Assembly: GCA_964566255.1 (NCBI GenBank) | Contig: CAZMID010000001.1 | Span: forward strand, 10,799 to 74,798 | DNA: 64,000 nucleotides | DNA from: an uncultured Planctomycetia bacterium | Lineage (GTDB): Bacteria > Omnitrophota > Gorgyraeia > Gorgyraeales > Gorgyraeaceae | Direction of reading: 5' to 3' | Shown here: positions 1 through 10,100 of the stretch, one piece after another | Layout of the letters: every line of letters starts with the position of its first letter | How positions within the stretch are numbered: position 1 is the first letter of the stretch | Notes under the pieces: model-generated | What the model saw: only the letters and a program-made list of their open reading frames with translations | What the model was told of the DNA's origin: nothing | The model's database searches: none | Made by a program: the position numbers and the translations under genes

Positions 1-286
1 AAAATACCATATATAACTCTAGATGTTCTTTTACATGAGACTGAATGAAAATAGTACTTTTTTCTGGATCAATACCTGATGCTATCCAGTCTGCAACACA
101 CTCTAATGTATATTTAGAGAGATTTTCTGGCTTTTCATATTCGCTCATCAATGCATGCCAGTCTGCAACCATAAAAAAACATTCAAACTCTCTCTGTAAT
201 TTTACCCAGTTATCCAGTGCACCAAATAGATGTCCCAAGTGAAGTGGTCCCGTAGGTCTCATACCACTTAATATACGATTTTTCAT
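1..286 (-). CDS. trpS: Tryptophanyl-tRNA synthetase, N-terminal part. The gene runs off the window start and its 3' end is not in the window.
   Basis: Reverse-complement translation from the ATG at ~284-286 gives MKNRILSGMRPTGPLHLGHLFGALDNWVKLQREFECFFMVADWHALMSEYEKPENLSKYTLECVADWIASGIDPEKSTIF. The HLGH (HIGH-type) class I motif and the overall pattern are those of TrpRS. This ORF is not in the supplied track because it has no in-window stop. Coordinate is +/-1. Confidence 0.6.
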   Translation of the reverse strand, partial: MKNRILSGMRPTGPLHLGHLFGALDNWVKLQREFECFFMVADWHALMSEYEKPENLSKYTLECVADWIASGIDPEKSTIFIQSHVKEHLELYMVF

Positions 287-287
287 A

Positions 288-2291
288 TTATTTCAATCTC
301 CTTGCAACTTTTCGGATTTCTACTGCTTCTATAATGTCGCCTTTTTTAATATCCTTAAAACCAAAACTTATACCACATTCAAAACCTTCTTTTGCCTCTT
401 TTATATCATCCTTGAAGTGTTTTAAAGAAGTAGTCTTTCCTTTAAAAATAAGTTCTTTATTTCTAAGGATCTTACATATAGTATTCCTAGGAATCGTACC
501 CTTTAAAACAAAACTTCCTGCTACGATACCTGCCTTTGAAACCTTAAAGACTTGCCTCACTTCAGCCCTACCTAAAAAAGTCTCTTCTAAAATCGGCTCA
601 AGCATACCTTCCATAGCAGCCTTTATATCATTAACTGCCTCATAAATTATATTATAATTCCTTACATCCACGCCTTCCTGTTTGGAAAGTGATTTGGCAT
701 TTGGCATCACATCCACATGAAAGCCCAATATGACTGCATTTGAGGCAGAAGCAAGGATAACATCTGATTCATTGATATTACCCACTTGAGCGTGTATTAC
801 AGAAAGCTTTACCTCATCTGTAGAAAGTTTTTCAAGTGAATCTTTAAGGGCTTCAAGGGACCCTTGCACGTCTGCTTTTAATATAATCTTTAATTCCTTT
901 ACCTCTCCCTCTTTAATTTTATCATAAAGGCCTTCCAAGGTTATCTTCTGGCCTTTGGCCTCTAGTTTTTTCTTTTCTAAATCAAGTCGTTTTGTAGAAA
1001 CAATATCTTTTGCCTTCTTTTCATCGCTTACTACATAGAATTTTTCTCCGACTAAAGGCACACCAGAAAGTCCTAGTATCTCTACTGGTTTTGCAGGAGG
1101 CGCTTGATCTACTCTATGGCCTCTATCATCCAACATTGCTTTAACCTTACCATAATTTACACCGGCTATAATGACATTACCTACTTTAAGGGTACCATTT
1201 GAAACAAGAACCGTCGCTACAGGTCCCTTACCTTTTGAAAGCTCTGCTTCTACTACTATACCTTTAGCAGGTCTATCTGGATTTGCTTTTAATTCCAACA
1301 TTTCTGCTTCTAAAACAAGCATCTCTAAAAGTTTATCTATTCCTTCTCCTGTCTTACCAGAAACTCCTACTGTAATAGCCTTACCACCCCAATCTTCAGC
1401 CAGAAGATCATGCTTAGATAACTGTTTTTTAACTCTATCTATATCAACATTCTGTTTATCAATCTTATTTATAGCTACAACTATAGGTACATTGGCTGCC
1501 CGTGCATGGTCTATTGCTTCTATTGTCTGCGGCATAATACCATCATCAGCAGCTACTACAAGGACTACTACATCTGTAATATTTGCGCCTCTTGCCCTCA
1601 TTGCAGTAAAAGCAGCATGACCTGGTGTGTCTAAAAAAGTTACCTTGCCATGTGAAAGCACTACTTCATATGCGCCTATATGTTGAGTAATACCTCCTGC
1701 CTCCTTATCAACGACTTTAGTCTTTCGTATCATATCCATAAGGGATGTCTTACCATGATCAACATGCCCCATAAATGTTACTATAGGTGCGCGGGGCTTA
1801 AGATCTTTAACATCCTCTTGATCGTGTTCTGAAAGAAGCGATTCTTCCTCCGTAGGAAGTCTTTCTAACATATAACCAAACTCTTCTGAGATATTTTGTG
1901 CAAGTTCATCATTGAGAGTCTGGTTTATAGTAACAAGGATCTTTTTATTTAGAAGCCTTTTTATCAATTCACTCGGTTTAAGCTGTAATTTTATAGATAA
2001 ATCCTTTATTGTGATAGGCAGATTTACCTTTAATATCTTTAGATCCTTCGCTGGTTCTTGTGCCTCTTTAGGCGGTACTGTAACTACTTGAGATTTTTTC
2101 TTTGTATCAGAAGAAGGAACTTTTCTCTTTTCTTTTTTCCCAGAAATCTCCTCTTTTATAAGAAATGCCGTCTTATCATCTATAGAACTCATATGTCCCT
2201 TCACCTTTATCTTCAACTTATGAAGTTTATCTATGAGCTCTTTACTACTAAGACCTATTTCTTTTGCAAGTTTATGTATCCTTACAGTCAT
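288..2291 (-). CDS. infB: Translation initiation factor IF-2.
   Basis: 667 aa. The GTP-binding domain carries HVDHGKTSLMD, DTPGH and NKID motifs, with IF-2 C-terminal beta-barrel domains. It lies in the canonical rimP-nusA-infB order, and its ATG overlaps the nusA stop (ATGA). Confidence 0.95.
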   Translation of the reverse strand: MTVRIHKLAKEIGLSSKELIDKLHKLKIKVKGHMSSIDDKTAFLIKEEISGKKEKRKVPSSDTKKKSQVVTVPPKEAQEPAKDLKILKVNLPITIKDLSIKLQLKPSELIKRLLNKKILVTINQTLNDELAQNISEEFGYMLERLPTEEESLLSEHDQEDVKDLKPRAPIVTFMGHVDHGKTSLMDMIRKTKVVDKEAGGITQHIGAYEVVLSHGKVTFLDTPGHAAFTAMRARGANITDVVVLVVAADDGIMPQTIEAIDHARAANVPIVVAINKIDKQNVDIDRVKKQLSKHDLLAEDWGGKAITVGVSGKTGEGIDKLLEMLVLEAEMLELKANPDRPAKGIVVEAELSKGKGPVATVLVSNGTLKVGNVIIAGVNYGKVKAMLDDRGHRVDQAPPAKPVEILGLSGVPLVGEKFYVVSDEKKAKDIVSTKRLDLEKKKLEAKGQKITLEGLYDKIKEGEVKELKIILKADVQGSLEALKDSLEKLSTDEVKLSVIHAQVGNINESDVILASASNAVILGFHVDVMPNAKSLSKQEGVDVRNYNIIYEAVNDIKAAMEGMLEPILEETFLGRAEVRQVFKVSKAGIVAGSFVLKGTIPRNTICKILRNKELIFKGKTTSLKHFKDDIKEAKEGFECGISFGFKDIKKGDIIEAVEIRKVARRLK

Positions 2292-3517
2292 TTTTTCTTC
2301 TTAACCTCTTTGGGTTTTTTATCCTTAGTTTCTTTTATCTTTTTCTTATCTAGAGGTTTCTTATCTTTAGCTTCATTTAACTTCTTATCCAGCGTCTCTT
2401 TAACTGAAGACAAGACCTTCTCAGCTGTCTTTTTCCCTACACCATCTACCTTTGTCAATGCCTTTAAATCTACTTTTGATAGAGATCCTAGCGTCTTAAA
2501 ACCTGCTTTTGTAAGAGATTTTTTTGTCTTTGGGCCAATGCCTTCTATTTTATCTATAGAGATCTTTTCTAATTTTTCCTTCTCAACCTTACTCCTTATG
2601 TCTATATTCCATCCAGTGAGTTTTGCAGCTAATCTTACATTCTGCCCGCGTTTACCTATTGCAAGTGAGAGCTGATCATCTGCTACTAACACTTCAGCCC
2701 TTTTTGCAGATTCATCTATCTTTATACTTGATATCTCTGCAGGAGATAAGCTCTGAGATATAAATTCCTGGATAATAGCACTCCAGCGTATAATATCTAT
2801 CTTCTCTCCTCCTAATTCCCTGACAATACTTTTAACGCGCTGACCCATCATACCAACGCATGCACCTACGGGATCTACTTTTTCATCCTTGGAGTATACT
2901 GCTATCTTTGAGCGTTCTCCTGCCTCTCTTGAAACAAATTTAATCTCAACTATACCTTCGTATATCTCAGGCACTTCTAGCTCAAACAACCTCTTTACAA
3001 GTCCAGAATCAGTCCTTGAAAGTAATATCTCAGGACCTTTTGCAGTCCTTTTTACTTCCATAATAAGGGCTTTTATTCTATCACCTTGCCTATATTCTTC
3101 ACCGGGTGGAAGAGCCCTCTTTGGTAATATCCCTTCTGCACCACGACCCAGATCAACAATGATTACACCCTTATCAAATCTGTGAACGCTTCCTGATGCA
3201 ATATCATGCACCTTATGTTGATATTCTTCAAACACAACATCTCTTTCTGCTTCACGAATCTTTTGTATAATAACCTGTTTTGCAGTCTGTGCAGAAATCC
3301 TTCCAAAATCCCCTGAAAGTTCTCCGCCTTCAGGTCCAAATACCTTGAATTCGCCTGTTTGTGGATCAAATTCAACCTTTATATCCATTATGTGTTTTCC
3401 AATTTTCTTGCGGGCTGCACTTATAAGGGCAGACTCTATTGCCCTTATAAGGATCTCTTTTTTGATTCCTTTATCCCGTTCAATGCTGTCTAATATCGTC
3501 AATAATTCCTGATTCAT
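2288..3517 (-). CDS. nusA: Transcription termination/antitermination factor NusA, with an unusual lysine-rich C-terminal tail.
   Basis: 409 aa starting MNQELLTILDSIERDKGI, with NusA N-terminal, S1 and KH regions. The C-terminus is KKPLDKKKIKETKDKKPKEVKKKK. Confidence 0.95.
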   Translation of the reverse strand: MNQELLTILDSIERDKGIKKEILIRAIESALISAARKKIGKHIMDIKVEFDPQTGEFKVFGPEGGELSGDFGRISAQTAKQVIIQKIREAERDVVFEEYQHKVHDIASGSVHRFDKGVIIVDLGRGAEGILPKRALPPGEEYRQGDRIKALIMEVKRTAKGPEILLSRTDSGLVKRLFELEVPEIYEGIVEIKFVSREAGERSKIAVYSKDEKVDPVGACVGMMGQRVKSIVRELGGEKIDIIRWSAIIQEFISQSLSPAEISSIKIDESAKRAEVLVADDQLSLAIGKRGQNVRLAAKLTGWNIDIRSKVEKEKLEKISIDKIEGIGPKTKKSLTKAGFKTLGSLSKVDLKALTKVDGVGKKTAEKVLSSVKETLDKKLNEAKDKKPLDKKKIKETKDKKPKEVKKKK

Positions 3518-3529
3518 TTTTATTCTCCT

Positions 3530-4012
3530 TTAGAACTCTGGTTCTTGTCTTGATCTTGTAACTTTCGAAAATGGTACCTCAACTATACCTTTCTTATTTA
3601 TATCTATCTTTATAGAATTATCCAATATCTCTTGGAGTCTTGCAATATATTCTTTTTTATCTAATATAGCTTCGTTCAGTGTAACTCTTATCATTCTTCC
3701 TTTTGCTCTTTCATAGTCCCTTTTTGTCTTAAATACCCTATCCATACCAGGGGAGTCCACTTCTACTATGTAGCTTTCTGGTATTAAGTTGGTCTCTTCT
3801 AAGATTTGACTAATCCTTTGATTTAACATCACGCAATCTGAAAGTTTTATCCCGCCAACTTTGTCTACTAAAAGTCTAAGGACTTGCCTCCTACCTTCTC
3901 TTCTATATATAATCTCTACGAGTTCAATGTCTTCTTCCTGTAAAACCGGCTCTATAATCTCTTTTAATTTATCTATCATGGGCAAATAAAAAAGCGGGTA
4001 CACTTCACCCAC
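3530..4012 (-). CDS. rimP: Ribosome maturation factor RimP.
   Basis: The internal sequence MIDKLKEIIEPVLQEEDIELVEIIYRREGRRQVLRLLVDKVGG...SPGMDRVFK is typical of RimP. The track ORF begins at a GTG directly after a stop codon. The true start may be the internal ATG (MIDKL, ~3979). An AGGGAGG SD lies 13 nt upstream of the GTG. Confidence 0.85.
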   Translation of the reverse strand: MGEVYPLFYLPMIDKLKEIIEPVLQEEDIELVEIIYRREGRRQVLRLLVDKVGGIKLSDCVMLNQRISQILEETNLIPESYIVEVDSPGMDRVFKTKRDYERAKGRMIRVTLNEAILDKKEYIARLQEILDNSIKIDINKKGIVEVPFSKVTRSRQEPEF

Positions 4013-4055
4013 TTAAAATTCAACACCTCCCTTTCGTAAGAGTAGTTATACTATA

Positions 4056-4089
4056 CTATATAGCATATATATCTGTCAAGGGAAAAATC
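4056..4089 (-). promoter_or_regulatory. Putative sigma70 promoter for the rimP-nusA-infB operon (TTGACA-18-TATAGT on the minus strand).
   Basis: Minus-strand TTGACA at 4084-4089 and TATAGT about 18 nt downstream. It sits between the giant-gene terminator and the rimP start, and is followed by an AGGGAGG SD. Confidence 0.35.
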
Positions 4090-4100
4090 CTTCTTGGAAT

Positions 4101-4152
4101 AAAAAAGCCAGTTCTTGCGTATAACAAGAACTGGCTTTAGACACCTTTTTTT
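4101..4152 (-). terminator. Rho-independent terminator downstream of the giant gene. The hairpin is flanked by T-tracts on both strands.
   Basis: Perfect 12-bp inverted repeat AGCCAGTTCTTG (4107-4118), loop cgtataa, then CAAGAACTGGCT (4126-4137). An A6 run precedes it on the plus strand, which gives a U-tract after the hairpin on the minus transcript. A T7 run follows it on the plus strand. Confidence 0.65.
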
Positions 4153-4178
4153 GATTAGGCTGGAAAAATAGCCTCTAA

Positions 4179-7100
4179 TTACACACCAGAGGCAAGTTCA
4201 TCAGCTATTTCCTTATTCAATCTATCACTAACCATATTTAATTCCATTCCGTTTGCAAAATCTTCAAGGAGTCCATCCAAGTTACTCTTGTCCTCGCTGC
4301 TTAAATTAAGCACCTGTATCCTTTTTAATTTAAGCTCATTTATTCCTCTTCCATTTACTACCTTTATCATATCAACATAACCTTCTAGATTAATAACCTT
4401 TTTATATTCATCCGCATTCATAGCTATTATTTCTATTGCATATTCTGAACTAGCATACCTGTCGCTAATCAATCTAATAAAACCTACATGTCCAAGCTCT
4501 ATTACTCTCTCCGCAGAGAAAGTAATAATTTGATTAAGCGGCCTCTTTGATTTTTCTAAATTATCAGGGCCTTTTTTTCCTTCGCGTATCATATCTAAAA
4601 CAGTATCCATTGTTTCCTCTAAGATAGTGTGTGAAGGGCCATACATAGGAATGCGAGAAATATTCATATCTGCGACTAACAATTTGTTTTTTCTTTCTTC
4701 TGTTATAGGTATTGTATCTAGTGCTCTAAAAATAGAAGATGCGATAGATCTTTGTTCGCCCTCATTTTCTTCTTGTTGTAAGTCAAGAAAAAGCTTCGTT
4801 AGTATATAATTATAGGTCAACTTTCCTGATTCTTCGAGGATTGCAAATGCCTCGTTACGGACATCAAGGTCAGGATCTTGTATGTCAGCACGGGCTTGTT
4901 CAATATGTTTTTCTTCAAGCTTAGGTGTTATCTCTACCTTTGATTCAACTCCTTCGAAGATGCGCGGTGTAATCCCATTTATTTTCTTATTAGATAGCTG
5001 GGCAGTAGTAGCGATGCGATGAGATTTATGATCATCCCCAACTGATGCCTCCCTAATAATTGAATATACAGCTTCGGTTTTACTCAATTCACCCAAGGCA
5101 GTTATAATAGCTACCATAATAGATACATTAGGATCTGAATCATCAACTGGTCCTTCAGATAAAGCTAAAATATGTTTATCTTTTGCTTCTTTCCATAATT
5201 CTAGAAGTTGTTTTTCCGCCAGAATCCCACCAAGACAAACTATGGCAGTTGTTCTCAATGGCATATAACGATCTTCATCTTTTGCCAATTTTAGTAAATC
5301 TGAAATTATACCTTCTTTTCTTTCTCCTCGAGACATTATTTTACCAAGCCTAGACTTGATAGGATCTAAAGTAGAATCATCATACTTTCCCAAATGATAT
5401 CCTAAATCAGCTGTAAGTTTTATTATTTCCTGTGTTTTTGTTAAAGATTGTAATACATCTCTAAGATTTTTAATTGATCCATCACGCATACTGCTATGAG
5501 GATCTGCTAATCCATCTTCAAACACATTAGGACCACTTTTAAGCATTACTGCACTATATAACTTTCTATTAAAATCAAATATAGTTTCATTACTTGCTAA
5601 TATATCTCTTGATGTTGAGACACTACCAGATATACTCGATGCTCCATCAGGAGAAATACTCATTCCTGCTGAAGTAATCATTGCTTTATGCCTAACTTGA
5701 TCCTTTGCTAATTCAATCAGATCTCTTGCAGCATCTTTATCTACGATAAAAGTAACCCTATCCTGATCTTGCAAAACTGATGCAGGGACCTCAGGTGTAA
5801 TTTTTCCTGCCACTGAGGCCTTAATAGCATATCTTTTCTTTGGCCCTGTAGCTACCAATAAGATCTTTTTTGCCTTTAAAATAGTAGATATGCCTTGACT
5901 CATTGCATAAGGAGGGACTGCTCTTTTATTTCCATCAAAATACCTGGAATTTGCGTTTATTGTACTTGAAATAAGCTCTACAACCTGTGTCTTTAACTTT
6001 AAAAAGTCTTCAAGGCTTATATCAAGCATTGCTTCAATAAAAGCAATATGACCCTCTTCTCCTATGCCAAGTAGCTGAAGATCTAGACCTTCTTCATTCG
6101 TTGATTTCATAATAAGATCTTCGTAAATCTCAGCTTCTAGTTCAGGAACATTTGCAAGGCCATCCATTAGATGAATATTGCTATCTTTTAATCCAGCATC
6201 TCTAATCATTGATGTCAGTATATGATCATAAAGAAAATGTCTATAAGATTCTTTATTATAATATTGCTCACGATACTCTCTTGAATATCCATATGCACTC
6301 CATACATACTCATCAAGGGCAAATATAACTACATTTGACCAGTCAATTTTTTCTTTTCTTGTAATTTCAATTAATTTTTTATATACACCTTCTTGTGTTC
6401 CACCAGTAGCTAAACCAAGAAAGGTCTTCTTTCCTCTAGCATTTTTTTCTTTGATTAGATTTGCGATTTCTTGTGCAGCACGTAATTCAGCATCATCTTT
6501 AGTCTCTGTTATATCTAACTTTTGTACCTTAGATATATCCCCGAGGGCATCTCCCCATTCAAAAGCCTGTGATGATGACACTAGCTCAACTAGAGATTTC
6601 ATATTAAAGCCAGTGGTTAGACTCATATTACTTGCTAATACAGTTGTTTCCTCTTTAGAGGTATCTGGCATATCGACCTGCTGTAAAATCTCTCTAAAAT
6701 AATACCCTGATCTATAATTCTGAGGTTTTTCTCTTGTTAAATACTCATCTATCTTAAGCTGTAACCCTGTCCTTTTAACAAGCTGATTTAGCGCTCTATC
6801 CATCTCAACAAGAGAATTCTCTTCCAGATGATTTCCTTCTACGGTGCTATTTACATTAGCATGGCCTAATTCGTGAAAGAGGCGTTCTGAAAGGATAGTT
6901 TTTACTGCCTGAGGGTAAGTAGGGTAAGCTAAAAGAAGGTCTTTGATGAAGCCTGCACTAAAAATGATTTCTACATCGCCGGTATCAAAGTTATAGTATC
7001 TTATAGAATTTAAACGTAAGCTCTCTGATACCATGACTTTTATTGGAGGTGCACGATTGTCTGGAGATAGGAACAAATCTTGTAAATATTCTTTCAGATC

Positions 7101-10100
7101 AGCATCACCTTCTACTAAACCCTCTAAATTATCCAGTGCATCATTTAACAAACTGGTTAAATTAAGGGCATTTTCACCTATAGGTGAAAATCTTTGCCCT
7201 TTAGATCTAGATAAATCCAACCCGCATTCCATATCATTTATGAAAGTATCTTTAATGTCAAAATAACTATCCAGCAGCAAATCTCCATGGCGTCTAGCAA
7301 AAGCCTTAAGCTTTCGTTTTTCTATCTGAGATCTATAAGTTGCAAATTCTGCTGCACTTCTTGCTCCTTGATAGGTTGGATCACGGCGGTCTATTCTAAT
7401 CTCTACTGGAACCTCAGGAAAATTTTCACTCAACAAGCTTTGCGCCTTATTAAATAGCATCTCGCCTATCCTGCCTCTAGCTAAAGCCCCAGTTAAAACT
7501 GTATACTTCATGTCAAAATATTTATATAACTCTACTATTGACAGCGCAAGATACTTACCAAGCTGTTCTATGGCATCCTCGGAATCGCTGTTTTTCTCTT
7601 TAAGCCTAGCTTCGATCTTTCGAACAAGTTCAATGCCTTCTAATGATTTGCTTTCTTGCGGGTAAAGCTCTTTTATGCCCCTGAAAGAAGCATAATATCT
7701 ATCCAATCCTTTTATTTTGCGATAGTCATGTTCACGTGCAAATGGTGACATATCAACAACCCTTTTTGCTAATTCAGTTAAATAAATAGAAGGTTTTAAA
7801 TTTTCATCCATAAAACCTCCTATCAAACTGTCGGACGGCGACAACACCAATACCTTTTCTCCTTCCAAATCCGTAAATAATAAGGTAGATCCAAAGGCTG
7901 TTACATTCCCGTCATTTTTTAAACTCACAGGAATTCTCTTATTTGTTAAGCTGTAAAATCTCTCTGATATCTCATCTGCCAAATTTTTTATCATATTGTA
8001 CTGCTGATCCCACCTATCAAACTCCAAAACCTTCATATCAAATAAGATGCTTGCAGATATGGCCATTTTATTATCCCTTACTGCCCCAGGCCAGGCTATG
8101 CCAATAGCATCTATATCTCTTAGAGCTCTTCCAGCATTATTGATAGATTCGTTAATAAGACTATACACTAAATAATCAATAAAATTGCTGTCTTCAAAAT
8201 TTTTCCGATCCAAAGTAAATTGTTCCTTATATAAAGGTTCGCCATTCTCCAAGATAACAATGTATCCGTGAGTCTTGCTAAGGCTTAAGCCTAATGTCAC
8301 ATCCTCATAGCGATTAAACCTGTAATAAACACCTTTCGCAGGACTTTCCTTTTTAGCCTGGATCCCTATCTCTGCTAGCCGCTGAGTATACTTGGTAATC
8401 TCGAAATCTACACCATAATATTGACTTAAATAACTGCTAACGGTCTCTGCCTCTTGCCCTTTGTCGAAATATTCGTCAAATGAGTCCTTTACAGCTTCAA
8501 AAACACTGTCCTCTGCATCAACTGCTACAGTGTCTGAACCCAACGTAACAGCTCCATTATTTATTAAAGTCGCTATATATCTGGATACAATAGCTAACTC
8601 TTCTTTGCTCATAAGCTTTGGGATAGATATATTCAAATCACGCTTCAATCTATCTTGTTCTAAAAACAACAGCGTAGTTTTATTTGTATTACCCGGATCT
8701 AATATCGCAATCATGGAAAAGATATCATCCCATTTGGTTATACTAAAGAGCTTCTCATGCTCTTCCCTCCAAATATCTGAAAAGAGTGTAGAAGCCGGCG
8801 ACTTAATTCGAGATTTATCTCCGTCAATTTCTTCTAGTGAATCCCTTAAGGCTTTATCCTTTTCCACTAAAACATCAAGAAAGAGATTAGCAAGCTGTTT
8901 CTTATCTGTAGTTCTAGATCCATTTTTCTCAAGTCTTTTTAGAAAATGCCTCGCCTCTTTCACATTGTTATCGAATATCCTAAGTAAGACCCCTTCCTTA
9001 ACTACTCCTTTTTTTAATAGAAAATCTGCAAATTTATAAGGGCTATAACCAGCAAACTTTTCATATTGCGCTAAACCTTCTGCCTTTAACCTCTTTTCCT
9101 GCCATGAGACTAGAGGCTCCTGATGTATATTATGTAAAGGCATTCCTCTTCTATTCAAATATGATATGTCCTTTTTTGTTATGTACAAAGCTCCTCTTTG
9201 CCTGCCAGCTTCTGAACGTGAACTATATAGTTCTGGGGGCTGAATAAAGGAACTGAGGTATGCCCGTTCTTCCTTGGTGACAGGCGCCTCATTCATGCCT
9301 CTAAAATTTTCATGCCTAAATAAAAAATATACATATTTATTCATATAAAGCATATCCTCTATATTAATTTCTTCCTTGCCTTTTTTGTCAACATATAAAG
9401 ATCCACCGTCTTGTCCTTCTAAACTAAAATAAAATTCTTTTCCATCACTTACCCTTACCAATACGTGTCTCAGAAGAGAAACTTCTTTTCTGCCAATCAC
9501 TTGTTTTTTTCTATTCAGATACTTAGGTTTGCCATTATCATCATTGCTAGAATGTGTATATTCAACATTTGGTGAGGTAGAATATATGGATTTACCTTCT
9601 TTTGTTACCTTCCATCTGAATAATGCCCCTGTGGCATTATCTATGAATAATGGGTTATGTTTTTTTGAAAAGTAATCTATATTATTATCATACAAAGGAG
9701 AGCCATCTACATATATAAGAGGGCTCTCTGTATTCACATAGCCCTCCTTTCCTTTACCTGTAGTAATAATATCACCTTTTTCATTTATAGGGTCTCCGAA
9801 TTCATTTGCCTCCCTTTTCTTCTGTTTAGTTTGAATCCAAGTGTCTATTTCCTTTGCGCTTGTCCTATTTACTACAATATCACTGAATATCTCACTGAAT
9901 AAAACCACTCTGCCAAGGCGTTTCTTTGCAATACGCTCTATCATCCTTACGCAATCTTCAACGCTATAATTATTCATCTCATCCATATTCACATGATTTA
10001 ATAAAAGTATCTTTTTGGCATCCTTCCTATTAATTAATGCCTCAATCACCCCATCTATAGCCAATTGGCAAACCAGACTTGAAAACAGACTTCCTGCCCC

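Noticed and set aside
243-334. A 1-nt discrepancy between the printed sequence index and the ORF-track coordinates around positions 243-334. By direct counting the infB stop TAA reads at 287-289 rather than 288-290.
   Set aside because: Most likely a display or indexing artefact. It is not a biological frameshift, since infB translates cleanly to its stop. Track coordinates were used, so features near the window start may be off by 1.
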